A stretch of 64,000 nt of DNA from a virus (Duplodnaviria > Caudoviricetes), in the IMG/VR virus record IMGVR_UViG_3300037067_027684, positions 182,685-246,684 of that record. One strand, written 5' to 3'. Of the stretch, positions 11,673-24,507 are shown one piece after another. Both the position numbers and the translations under genes were made by a program. Under the pieces are notes generated by a model. It was not told the origin of the DNA, did no database searches, and saw nothing but the letters and a program-made list of their open reading frames with translations. Numbering within the stretch: the stretch's first letter is position 1; each line of letters starts with the position of its first letter.

Positions 11673-12689
11673 ACGTGACGATTGAACGCGGGGCGGATGG
11701 TATGGGGATACCGCCCGTGCGGGGCTATTTGCACCGCATTGAGTGGTGGTCAATTACCGGTAAAGTCCGGTGGCGGTACGGCGGCTGGTCGTGGTGCTTG
11801 GCCTTCTATTCAAGTTTTAGACCTCTCCTGTACTCCCTTCGGGGGACCACCCCTAGACTCTATAATTTCACGTCCGCAATTGGTTTTCATAGCCAAGTAT
11901 TTCTCCTACGAGACGTGCCGCCCATTTGGGTGGGTTCCAAAGAGAAACGGTCGGATTGTTGCATGCTTCGATTTGCTGTACGACTCTTTCGGTGAATCTG
12001 ACTTTGGTGCCTCTGGCTAGATGTCGTACTACGTTGAGTCTTGCGATGCTCATAATTCCTCCTATGGGTCAATGTTCAAGCAATATCCACACCAGCTACA
12101 GAAATTGAAACCTTGCATTCCCCAATGACCACATTCACTCCTTAACGTTTTGAATTTCATCCTGATTTTTTCTTCTTCGTCTCTGTGTCTTTGATTTTCT
12201 TTTCGATATTGGCGTTCTAGTCTTTGTCGCTTTTTGATTATCTTGGTGACCCAGATTGGTTTATTTGGTGTCATTTGGGCACCGCTCGTCTTCCTTTTTG
12301 GCCCACCCAACCAAAAAGCCATGTACGCCATGGACGCTCGATGTTTCATATAGAACTTGGTTTCCACGCATGACTTTAAAGCGTACTCCAATTATAATCT
12401 CTAGGTGCAAATCACGCGCTATGCTCTCACTGACCTTCATGGTTCTCAGGATTTCTTCGTCGTGCATTTCTTTCTCCTCTTTCTCTTTATGCAGTAACCA
12501 TATACATCCCAAAACTTCTCACCAGTTCTATATGCCTTCCAAGCCTCCTGCGCAGCTTCCGCTGCTGTGCTGCCATAACCTCGCAATTCCCAGGTATCTC
12601 CGTCACTATCCATTACGTGAGCAAAGGATCTGAAGTCTTTATCTTTCTCATCGAATTTACACTGGATAACGATGTTGAGAAACATGGGT

Positions 12690-12854
12690 TCAAGCTTTTT
12701 CATTTTTCGTAATTAGACGAGCATCGTGCGTCTCACACTCGTTGTGATCGTCGTAAGCTGTTTGAGCAAAACGACGGTGTTCACGGATACTCTCTTTGAT
12801 TTGATCTTCTAGGGATTTCTTTGGTTTCCTCTTCATGGGTTCAAGCTTTTTCAT
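12690..12854 (-). CDS. 54-aa hypothetical protein beginning MKKLEPM, like the next gene
   Basis: Manual translation; below the ORF-track length cutoff; GGAG RBS. Confidence 0.55.
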   Translation of the reverse strand: MKKLEPMKRKPKKSLEDQIKESIREHRRFAQTAYDDHNECETHDARLITKNEKA

Positions 12855-13535
12855 TTAACTCTCCAGATTAAATTTCAGATCTTGAAATGAACCCTTAACA
12901 CCCAAAGTATCAACACGACGCCAATGATTCTTATTCCAGATAAGAATCACAACTTCCTCAAATCCACCAAAATCATCATCCTTACCAGCATAGGCAATAA
13001 TCATAGGCACAGAATCTTTCTCCTTCACAGGGACAACCTCCAGCATTTCATCTAGAATCTCGGTTGGCCCATGAGTCATCCCAAACGACTTGCCGTCGCT
13101 GGTATTACCAGTAGCATAAGTTGTCTTGTCTGGCCTTTTCCGTTTTTCTTCTTGCTTCCGGAGCGAAGACGGGGTATACTCTTGTGGGATGTTGTCAAAA
13201 TCGAATTTGGCTTCGCTCATAGAATCCTCCGGTGGGTTCTATCATTTCTAAAACCAGACTCAATTAGTCTCTCCACCCTCTAGAGTTAAAGAAGTAGGTC
13301 CCGTTCTGATTATGAAAGTGCAGAAGATGGAATTCATCGTACTTTTCACCAGTTAGGACTTTGGTCCCCAACCTAGGATTAGTCAACTTTGTCTCGCAGA
13401 AACTGAGTTCCAAATCTTCTTGTTGACTAATCCTCCCTATGAACTTTTCCTTTTCTTCAAGAGTAAGCCACCCAGGAATGACACCAACCATAGGGTTCAT
13501 CTTTGATCTGGTGAGAGTGACGATGGTGACTTTCA

Positions 13536-13811
13536 TTAGTCCTCCCGCACGACAACAGTTTTACCATTACTTTCCTGATGAAGCTCCGAAACGCCACATC
13601 CAGTAATTGCAAGATACTCCTTACCAGAATTCTTATCCTTCAAAATAAGAATCTCACGCTTATTGTTGTCATAACCGGCCTGGAATGAACCATAAGACGT
13701 GACTTCAAACCTCTCTGGTGCTTTCTCAACGGAAATGGCGTTCTTCTTTTCGATTATCTTCTCTTCCTCACAACCACAGAGGAAAAGCAGTGCTACGATG
13801 AGAATCCTCAT
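13536..13811 (-). CDS. putative small lipoprotein
   Basis: MRILIVALLFLCGC lipobox-like N-terminus. Confidence 0.55.
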   Translation of the reverse strand: MRILIVALLFLCGCEEEKIIEKKNAISVEKAPERFEVTSYGSFQAGYDNNKREILILKDKNSGKEYLAITGCGVSELHQESNGKTVVVRED

Positions 13812-14730
13812 GTTAACCTCCGAGCCAATGTTGGATGCAAGTTGCGTTAGGGATGCTTATCCTGTAAATGCATTTACCATCTTCAGTGGTGACTTCGATG
13901 TCTCCTTCATGAAGGTGGTCAATCATTATTTCTATTGCGTCTTTCAATAGTTGTTTGACGAATTCTGCATCAGATCCTTCGCCGATGTGTTTTTGGTAGT
14001 GTTTGGCTTTGATGTCAACTCGGAACATTTTATTCCCCGCTTGTCTGCTTGGTTATGTTCCATGGAATTGGAGGCTTCATATCGTCCAAAACCTCAGTTT
14101 TCATGTAACTGAGGGCAAGTTCTGCGCCAATACACATTGCTGAGAGGATAAGGTTGTAGTCACCCTCGTCTGGCTTGCCACCAAAACGTTCCTTGGCGAA
14201 TTTTCTGGCTGCTTCTTGCAGTCTTTCATTCGCGGTCATTTGTTTTCTCCAAATTCTGTTTTGAGTTTCAGAAATTGCTGATATCGATCAGCCTTCTGTT
14301 CTTCTTCTTTCTTGGTTCGGGCTGCTTTAATCTTGTCTCGGTAATTAGACCAATACTTGGCCCAAACAGTATCCCTGTCAGCTTTATCTAGGCAAAGCCA
14401 GTGGGATGGGAATCTGTAATCCCAATCATCATTAACATTATTGTCTCTATCACAAAAGTTTAGTAGAATATCTTCGCCTTCTACTTCAAAACCAGCATAA
14501 TTACGCATATAAATGCGACGTGAATTGTGTTGGAATTCCCACCTACCGTAACCAATCTCCTTGAACAACATGTCTCGTTGGGTAACGTCGAATGCCTCAA
14601 GTTCTGTAACCAGATTCGAAACAAGAGGTGTGATTGTTGCCATGGCTTCTGCGAGTGCTTCTTTGGCTTGATTGATTTTCGCCAAATTGTCCTTAATTTG
14701 AACGATTGTGTCTGTAGTCATTGCTCTCTC

Positions 14731-15234
14731 CTAATAAATGTTCAGGCCGACTTGGATACCTTCGGCCAGGGGGCCTGACCAAATTTCAGTGTGATTTTCG
14801 TTTTTGAGTTGTTGATCTGGTAATGCAAGCAGAGCAGCGGCTAACTCGTGAGTAGAGATGTTTTTATTACTGAGCAGCTCTACTGCCTCTTGTACTGAAA
14901 GCGTTTTGGGTTGGTCCTTACTCATTTGCCATCCTCCTGAAAAATGTTTAGCGGTATCCTTAAACTTCTTCCTCAACTTGAACTGAATAGCCTTACCAAC
15001 GTCATCAATGCTCCACTTCTTCCTCACACAATACGAGAATAAGCAAACCAGAGCGTCAGCCATTTCGTGGATGTCATCTGGGGCATCTTCTAGCTCTGAG
15101 ACCTCACCATGAGCGTACTTGAGGATATCTTCGTCTGGGAAGAACCCACACTTCCATCCTTTCACATGCTCGGCATGATTTTCCTCTAGGATTCTTAATT
15201 CTTTGCAAGCTTTAAGGAATTCATCTCCGTGCAT
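14731..15234 (-). CDS. MazG-like dATP/dGTP pyrophosphohydrolase (DUF550-like)
   Basis: ILKYAHGEVSELEDAPDDIHEMADALVCL has the ExxE...ExxD pattern, followed by AIQFKL. Confidence 0.65.
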   Translation of the reverse strand: MHGDEFLKACKELRILEENHAEHVKGWKCGFFPDEDILKYAHGEVSELEDAPDDIHEMADALVCLFSYCVRKKWSIDDVGKAIQFKLRKKFKDTAKHFSGGWQMSKDQPKTLSVQEAVELLSNKNISTHELAAALLALPDQQLKNENHTEIWSGPLAEGIQVGLNIY

Positions 15235-15967
15235 GTGAAACTCCTAAGCGATGTGGGTGGTTGCCCAAACTCGTTCCTGTCCAACCAAACCACCACTATG
15301 TTCCCATCTTTCCCAATGATCACCATGGGAATTATAGGGAAGCTGATTGTGAATGAATCGGACGATATCGACAATGTGTTTCTCATTGTGGTCGTCAGCT
15401 TGGTGGATTGATTCGAATAGTTCATGCTTCAGGACCGCCATTAGGAAGTCTCCAGGGTCTCTGGCGAAGAAGAGCCAGTTCCCTAGTCCTTCGATTGTGG
15501 ATTGCTTAATTCCCTTGTGGTAGGGGTTTTGCATTTGCACTGTTACCCATTGGTTAAATCTTTCTTGTTCGGTCATTTCTTTCTCCTTATATAAAGAGGA
15601 CCCCCAGGGAGTAGGGTTCTGGGGGTCCTCGTGAGGGTAATTGGACGATTGATCGTTCGGGTTTATTCGAGGCTGCAGCCTCCCCGCCAACTACCCCCAT
15701 AGACTCACCTTTGTTTTACCCACAACGGGCAACTCCAAAAGTTTCTCTAAAGCCTGCTTACACTCATCAGAACAACCAATACCCAACGTCGATGACCAAG
15801 CATCATCCAACTTAACTCGCTTATCAAAAACTGTGATATAACCAGCACCAATAACCTTCCTATCTTTACTCATAGCACGATGGGAAGGTGAGAATGGCGT
15901 TACTAACGAGAATTCAAATTCACCATTCTCAAGCTGAATGAATCGATATAGGTAATCGAGCTTCAAT

Positions 15968-16705
15968 TCAGGTTTCATTCGAATCCCCAAAGAAGAACTT
16001 GACATATGGGTCAGCCTTCAGCATATCCATATCAGAAGGGCTAACCTTAAAAAGACTCTTGATTCTAGCGTAGCCATCAGAGGTATTTATACGCTTGTTC
16101 GCTAAGCAGAATTCGGGTGTGGTTTTCTTAATGTGAGCCTCCAGATTGTTAATTTTATCCAGCCTGAATAGAACTAGTTGGAATCCCGATCCTTTGATAA
16201 CTGTTAAGCCGTTTTTCTGGTCAAATTCATGCTCTAGGATGTTGATTCCTGTACAAGTTTCTATTAGCTTGAATTGTTTAACGTAGCTGAAGGATGACCA
16301 TGGTTCAGCATTATAGAGGTTGCAGATGAAGTTCTGTTGAAGTTCTAGTGTTAGAATTTCTGTGTAGTGGGTCATTAGGCTGAGGTACCAGGAGATTGGG
16401 TCTCTGAATCCTGTGTATATTGTGATTTCTTTGGGGTTTGTTCTTAGCCTGTGTTGGATGAAGTGTTCCATTCCCCAGCCGTTTTCGCGGAGGATGTGTC
16501 CGTTGGTGACGTAGTGCCATGTTGATTCGTTGGTGTGGGCGTGGATTGCTTTAATACCCAAGTTTCTGAATCCGTCTGCTATTGAGGTTGTGCCGCATTT
16601 TGGTAGGGATAGGACGAAGATGTCGGTGTTGGGGATTTCGCTTAGGTTGCCGATGTCTTCTTGTTGGTATTCATAGGTTTTCAGAGATTCTTCAAAGGTC
16701 ATCAT
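15968..16705 (-). CDS. sulfotransferase-fold protein
   Basis: LSLPKCGTTSI (5'-PSB loop) and RDPISWYLS (3'-PB motif). Confidence 0.7.
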   Translation of the reverse strand: MMTFEESLKTYEYQQEDIGNLSEIPNTDIFVLSLPKCGTTSIADGFRNLGIKAIHAHTNESTWHYVTNGHILRENGWGMEHFIQHRLRTNPKEITIYTGFRDPISWYLSLMTHYTEILTLELQQNFICNLYNAEPWSSFSYVKQFKLIETCTGINILEHEFDQKNGLTVIKGSGFQLVLFRLDKINNLEAHIKKTTPEFCLANKRINTSDGYARIKSLFKVSPSDMDMLKADPYVKFFFGDSNET

Positions 16706-19700
16706 TTTCTCCGACGTATTTTCGATTATCCGCCAAAGCTGGTTACATCTTCCATGGCAACCATTAGTGGGATTTTATATTTAATATTCCCACCATCAAC
16801 ATGGAGGACTATTCCGCCCTCAATGGATTCGACTTTCTCTAAAGTTGAAAAGTCCAAGTCAAGAGGCCATGGTTTATTGCAACGGGTACCCAACACCAGA
16901 TTTTCCAATTGCCTTTGCTTATCTGCAAAACCTTCGATAAAAGTAAGGATCTTCTTCTCAAATTGGACTATCCTATCGATCCAAGCGACAATGTTTTTAT
17001 CGTGTTCACAACATTCGTGGAGCCATTCTCCAACTTCATCTCCGAACAGGTCGTTGACTCCGCCTTTGGTGGTTGCTTCGATTACTTCGCTCCGAGTGTA
17101 GCTTTTGCCGTCAATGACCCATCCACAGTGGTCTGGGTCTTTGTGGTCTTGCCACGCGGTGATTTTGTATTTAGTCATTGTCTTCTTCCTCGTAGGTGGT
17201 GTCGCCCCATGTTGCTGCTGTCATGTCAATCCAATCTCCACGTTCCAAATCATCAATGACGGATGCGGTTTCGACGGCACCATTTTGATTTCTAGGGAAA
17301 TTCAGAGCACCAAAATTGAAGTGACGCCACGCTTCCACAATATCTTGTTTGGTTGTTCCTTCTTCGAATTTGACGCCTGTGACTTCGTGGTTGTCGTCAA
17401 TAATTCCGATGCATTTGTCGCCGATTTCGATGAGTCCCAGGTGTCGGTATCCTTCGTGTTGGTTGTGACTCTTCCAATATTTGATGAGTTTCATTGTTAA
17501 TCCCTTAATTCAATTTCAAGGTCTTGAGTACCGACTCGTCAACGTAGACACGATCATCTCCATCGTCGTCATTTAGTTCAGTACTCATGAATTTATGGAC
17601 AGCTTGAAGAATCCGCTTGGGGAGCTTCTTGGTGGCGACAATCCAACAATCTTTACTGCCAGGTTGGATGTAGACTTGCTTATGCTTGATGATGTCTCTC
17701 AAGCTGTCGGCTTGGTCGTGTGAATCTGTGTCATCCCATACGACGGTGACGATGTTGAATCGTTTGTCGATTTGGTCGCACATCTTTTCCCATTCTCGTT
17801 CGGTGAGTTTAACTACGCATTGGCGTGTTTTCATCTTGAATCTCCTTATGGTTGGGTTGTGGAGCTAGCTACGTACATGTCTCCGCTTTCGGCCACAGTG
17901 TATCGAGCTAGTTCGGCTTTAAGGTCGATTTCGTCGTTGGCTGACATGGCTTGTAGGATGTGCTTTTTGAGGGCTTCTTTTTGTTCCTTTTTGGTTGGGT
18001 TGTGTTTGAAGGTTGCGATGACTTCTGCTCCTGTGGTGTCGGCTACTTCGCCGAGGAGTATCCAGACTTCTTGGGGTGCCTTGGCGTTTGCCTTGGCGAT
18101 TACATCAGCGAGTCGGCAAGATAATTCTCGGATTTCCGCGAAAGATAACGAACTCACGCTACATGGTGGAAGGATTGTATCGCGGATGAGCCGCCTGAGT
18201 TCTTTCTTTTGCTTATTCATGATTTCTCCTCGCTTTCCTTCTTGTCCCAATTGTAAGCTTCTCTGTATTCTTTATCCCACTCTTTGCTTACTTCTTTGTA
18301 ATCCTTCACGAAATCCGCCATATTCGGCCCAAACACATTGTCATAAGACCCAGTTCTGTCATAGATTATGAAATATGAAGCCATCTTTTTGCCTTTGGTG
18401 CAGGTATATCCTTCGAATTTACCGTCGCCCCAGTCGGGTGTTTTAAACTCATCGGCGTCACCATCGTGGTTTTGTAACACTTTACTTTCTTTAAATTTCC
18501 AGCCTTTCTTCTTCATTCTGCCGATGTAGTCGCAGTATTCTTCTTGGACATCTTTGCTAATTTTCATGATTTCTCCTCTGTTAAATGTCCAGACCGCCTG
18601 ACTGACGGAAAATCACATCACCATCTTCAGTTCGATGTATCGATGGATGATGTGCGAAAGCCGCTCCAGGATTCCCGCTACCTTCTGGGACCACGAATTG
18701 TTCCCAGATTGAACGGAGGTTTCCCTTAGCAAGCCACCTATCAACTATCAATGTTCGTGTCCAGGATTCACAATCTCCTCTGATTTGTGGTTGGATTACT
18801 GTGTTTTCTATTCGTATGGCAGTCATTCATCGTCCTCCTTTGGGGTTACGAGTTGCACTGTGATTTCATCAACTTCAACATCATCTGGGTATTCGAGGTA
18901 ATACAGGTCTTTGGCTTCCTCTGAAAGTGCGGGGTCGAGGCAGATTGTTATGTCTGTGCGCTCTTTGTTGGCCTGCTCTTGGGCCTGATTTAGAGCATCG
19001 TCATAATTCTTGAAGTACCTGTTGTTGAGCATTGTTTTCTTACTCCTTTCTAGATCATTCGGATTCCTCGTATCTCCTGCTACGGCGGTGGCATCCGCTT
19101 GTAAGTATGGGGAATATTATTCGATGGTCGGTGCTTTAATATAAAGACCAAGACAATGACTTAGGACTCTTACTCCTGCCTCTGATTGAAGCGCTGACAT
19201 CACTAAACATCGGCTCGACCAAATCCTCCACTCTGAAAAGGAGTTTAGGGTCACCACTTATGGTAACAGACCAGTCTTCAACAGAGAACCTAACCTCATG
19301 GTAAGATGCAGCTAAGTCTTCAAGATCCCAGATGTTGACCCACTGATAAGCTTTTGAGCGGGGGCATTTGTACTTTACGAGTTTCTTTTTTTCTTGATTT
19401 GAGTTCTAGTTCAAGAGCTAAGTCAATTGCGTCGTGGATTGTTTCGCCGTAGGTGGTCAGTGTTACTTGTTCTCCCTTTAGGAGGGTTAGTCTATAATTT
19501 GTAATGGTTTGCCATCCGGCAGCTGCTTCTGCTTTGAATTCGTCTCGAATTTCAATTTCACAATCGTACCAGAGTTCTTTGAGGGCTTCTCGTGCTGAGT
19601 TGCCTCTACCGACTCCAATCTGGCCTAGATGTTCCTGATTTTGACGTGGTGGGAGCGTTATTCGGGCTACGAATTCCATGCTTATGCTCCTTTTTGATTC

Positions 19701-22700
19701 GCCCATTCTTTAAATTTCTTCACACCGCACATATTATTCCTCCCAGTGATACCAAGCCAACACACCAACCTTCTTATTCTTGGGCTTCAAAGGAAGCAAT
19801 TCACAACCACAAACATAAAAACTAACTTTATTCTTTTTTAGGAAGTTCTTGACATTACGATGATCAAGTTTGGCCATGGCACAGGCACTTCGCTTATCTT
19901 CGGCAACTACGACAGCACTTGCGCCACAATATGCTCCAATCCCTATACAGAACCAGACTTTATTCATTTTAACCACCATTCAGGGTCAACTTCACTCAAT
20001 GCTGCACCAAGGTCACGAGGATACACGACGGCTTTATCACCGATACATTGATGATTAGAGGTCAACTTCGCAATGCGCTTGAAGAAATCGTCCAACCTCT
20101 TCCTTTCACTGAAAACTGTCTTAATGATGACCTTCTTCACGCGTGTGGTGCCATTGTCATCCCAAGCACCAGTTTTCTTATTACTCTTTTTCGCGTGGTG
20201 GATTAGGCTATCCAGCATTGCCTCTAATCCTTCTGTGGTCATTGCGCTGTAACTTGGTTTCTTCATGTTCACTCCTTTTTCAGGGTTTCGGGAACGCCTA
20301 CTTTGTGATGTACTCGTTCATGAAGTCGCATTGATATGTTGCAATAAACGACCGCGAAGAGGAACATAGGGAGAGGTCTAACCTCTTGGGCGAAAATCAG
20401 ATATAAACTGATTGCGACCAGAGTAACGATGTCGAGCCATCCGGAAAGATGCTTAAACATTTCTCGCCCCTTTAATTGTTCTCGAAACAGAAGGCCACGA
20501 AGTCTTGCAACTTCTGAATCTTGTGGTCCTTGATCAACTTCAGAATTTCTGATTGTTCTCCATCAGCTAGGATTCCCTTCTCGGTGGCTGTGAGTTGGGA
20601 AGCCAGCTTCTCTAAGGCAATTGGTGGGAATTTGATTTGGGTTTCGACAGAGAACCAAACTTCTGGGAATTCTTTAATTCCGTTGTTGTGGGCCAGAGTG
20701 TCCAAGATTTGGAATAGGTGTGGGCACATATTTCTGAATGTTGCCATTTTCATTTGGCGGGTTCCCTTTTTAGGGTTCGTGCTACCCAATACCCCTGTAG
20801 CAATCCAAGCAGGTAGCCTCCAACCATCAATATGTCCTTGGTGAGCGATTCTAATTCTGTGGATCGGTACTTTTGAGTTAGAATAACCCCAAGGATTACA
20901 TAACTAGCAGTGCAAAATAGCATAAACCAACCTAGTTTTTGATTCATTTTGTGGGTTCCTTTGGGGCTTGCTCCTTCTTGATGTACTGCTCATGCCATTC
21001 GAGGACTCCCGTTAGGCGGGAGAGCATAAGCATCCTACTTTCCATGGTGTCCTTTCCGACAGCTTTTTCAATGATCTTCATAACGAAGAGGCCGATTATG
21101 CTTAGGGCAATGAGACTTGCACTTCCTCCAAGGATAATCCGTCCAATCCAGAGGCACATCAAATCGAAGTTATCCATTACTCCTCCTTTGTTTTGGTTAC
21201 TTTCTTGCCAGTTAACTTGGTGAAGATCCTTCTTGCGATTGCATCAACTTCTGCCATGCCTTCTTCATAGGTCGAGTCACCTTCCTTGCGACCCCATGGC
21301 GGGGATTGCTGTATTCCACTTAGAGTGTCGAAGGCTTCATCCAGCATTCGGTGTAGTTTGTAGCATTCGGCTGCTGAGTGTTCGCCGTTGCCTAGGAAGA
21401 TTTGTTCGGGTTTACTCACTTGCCCTCCTCTGTTTTGGGCAAAAGATCCACAAACATTTCATCCTTTGCAAACCACATTCACCAGAACAGTTGTGTTCAC
21501 AATCTTCACCCGTTGTTTTGTAGAATTCATTTTGGGTTTTGGTGAATTGGTTATCTGATTGATCAGGTTTCGGCATGATTTCCCCAAACAAATCTGGCCT
21601 AAACTCACGGAGGACCATGTAGAGGATATCTTTACCTGCTCGGTTTAGATCCTCGTCTGTTGGTCCTTTCAATCCGGTGTCGGTGATTCTGTCAAAGTCT
21701 GCTAGGTAGGCGGCGATTTTCTCTTCCATGCCTACTTGTTGGCGGGCGTCGAGTTGGTCATTATAGGGAATCATTTTTACTCCTTATGGTCACTTTCTTC
21801 CAAGACCCACTTGTACACCAACAGGTCCGCCACTTTAACTCTCGGACAAAAGTCCAATGCCCATCTTCATCGGTTACTATTCTGTCCTCTACTCCATCCG
21901 ACACGAAGTATTTCTTGCCTCGGTATTCTAGTAAAGTCCCGTTTGGGAATTCCCTAATGTCTTGGACTTTCATCACCTACTCTTTTCTAACTCTTGGATT
22001 CGGATTCCTTGTTCATAGACTTGAATCATCAAGTTTATGAAGGCTTTAGAGGTTGGGTCAGCCATCCCTTTCAGAACTGTCAGATTCTCAACCATATCCT
22101 CTAAATTACGGGTGGCGGTGATCATCTTTTGCCTTGTGGAGGTTAGGTCCCTGTCCTTGGTGTTATAGATAACACGGAGTTCAATTAGCATTCGGCCCAA
22201 ATCTTCTTTGTTTCGTCCTGCGATTACTTCTTTGGTTGCTTCTTTAAGCTCTTCTTCTGGTATCATGTTAATCTCCTATCGGCACAATTGGATTGCGTGG
22301 GACTCAGCTGCTTTGATCAGTGCAATCACGTCTTCAAGTGATCCGTTGACTTGAGTGTGCGCGTGGTCATTGGTTTCAATGCCAACTATTTTGTTGGTAC
22401 CAATATACACGCTTCTAATGTCGAAGGATCGAACATAGAATTTTCTTTTCTCTCCATAGAATGTGAAATCTACCAGTGGTCCGTGCCAATTATCCAACAT
22501 GTGAATCTCCTTATTCATCAGAGCAACCTTCTTCATCGTCTGGTGGGGTATCTTCTTCGTCAAAATCTGTCTCGTCAGACTTGTCAGTCAACCTTTGTTC
22601 AATTTCTTCACTTGGGAGTGTACTGCACGATGTGCAGAGGTAATCACTCTCACCCCAACCCACACCACTGTTGAAACTGCAGCCACAAAGCGAGCATTTC

Positions 22701-24129
22701 ATCGGAGCACCCCTTCCTTTGCGCAGAAAGTTATTTTCCTTTGGCTTTGTTTGCAATCATATCCACCAAGTCCAACCACATGTAGCTAGGGCAGTCCCAA
22801 CCACGGACGCCATCGACGCTAAGAGAAAATACCTTGTAGTACTTGATGTCAAAGTTCCTGCCGCCAGCCCTGAACTCGATGTGGTAGAAATCCTCTCTTG
22901 AGTCATAGGATAATTCTATATCACTTTCGAGAACTACTTTCTTTTCAACCGCTTCGGCGAAGGGTTTGAGGTAATTGGTAACAACTCCTTCGGCGAAGTA
23001 GGGGCCACTCATTTTCTGGATGTTAATCATTCTGCCTCCTTTGGTAAGGCTGGTAAGGCTTTATATGACTCCTTCTTGGGGAGGTTTAGATCTTCTAAAT
23101 AATCAAGAACCGCTTGAACTGAAACCTCCTTTAGCTCTTCAGATCCTCGATTATCAATACCATCAGGAGTATTCACGAATTCTTCGATTACGAAGCTGTT
23201 TTTCTTGATAATAATGTCGCATTCGTATTCAGGGCCACTCCATGTACCACGATCATCCTCGTGTTCTTCCTCACCAAATTGAGCATTGACTCGTACACTT
23301 CTAGCGCGAATATCAATACTGCCTTCGAATGAGACCCATCCTTCAGCTTTATAAATCTCATTGAGCTTCTTCAATAATTCCTCTGCCATGCTTACGATCT
23401 TCGTCTTTTCGTCCTCATTCGGAGTTTCTTCGATTTTCTTAGCTGCCTCAAGCAGATCTGATCCAGGCATATAGAGAGACATTACATTACTGGATAATTT
23501 TACCAACTTCTCACCCAACTCCTTCATCAATTTAACATCGCCTGTTTGGATAATCTCGTTGGTCTTGTCTTTGATTGCTTGCTTTGCTCTCTCGACATCA
23601 GCACTCAACTTCTTGAATTCCTCCAAATTATCCATTTTTCACCTCCTGCGTTTGAGTTTTCGCTTCTTTCAACTTATTGAGTCGATCAAAACAATCGTAA
23701 GTCTCACCCTCATCAAGAGTCAAATCAAGGAGTACAAAAACAGCCCGAAGCTTGCGCTCCAACTTAGCCCGCTGCGTTCGAACATGCGACATCGAAGCCT
23801 CACCATCACAACTCAAACACTCAGGAGACAACCCATTATAAATCGACATCAAAATATGAATTTCATGTTCATGGTCAAGAATCCACCAGTCAGTGAGGTC
23901 TTTCTTGACAGGTTGCTGGATGACAACCTCATTCCCATCGGCTGGGTAAATCAGATTAAATGGAACATTCCAGATAGTTCCGATTGGGCGGCTATTTCGG
24001 TCTTCATCTTGGCGGATTTTGCACTTAGAGATGTTGATTTTCACAATGGTGCCTAGAGTCTTGATTCCATTCGGTGATCCGAATTTGACTTGCCTGCCTT
24101 GCATTGTTCGGATGGTTTCTTCGTTCACT

Positions 24130-24507
24130 TTAGTCTCCTTTCAGTGATTTCTTCAACTTGTCGATCAACTTAGAACTTCCTGAGCGCCAGTCCCAATGGT
24201 TATCAGAATAAACTAAGCCAGAGTAAACTTTCTTGAACTTCTTTGAGCCGATTTTGCAGCGATAAGGAAAATCCTCCATTATAACAAATTGAGACAGCGT
24301 GAAATCGACAACTTCGTCTCCGAAGGTAAGAACATTGTGTCCTATGAGGCCAACACTTACGTAACAGATCCTTGCTTTGACGCCTGCTTGTTCGGCGGTT
24401 ATTCTTATCGCTTCACAAACGTCGGCACATTGGTTTTCTGAGTTTCTGGGTAAGCGGTATTCATTTAGGATTGGTGTGATTGTTTTGATGAAGTGATTCT
24501 TAGTCAC
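24130..24507 (-). CDS. possible transglutaminase/papain-like (Cys-His-Asp) protein
   Basis: NQCADVC ... GHNVL ... VVDFTLSQF spacing. Confidence 0.45.
   Translation of the reverse strand: MTKNHFIKTITPILNEYRLPRNSENQCADVCEAIRITAEQAGVKARICYVSVGLIGHNVLTFGDEVVDFTLSQFVIMEDFPYRCKIGSKKFKKVYSGLVYSDNHWDWRSGSSKLIDKLKKSLKGD

Noticed and set aside
13575-13592. Hammerhead-like CTGATGA...GAAAC
   Set aside because: No stem II between the core elements, and it lies antisense within a coding gene.
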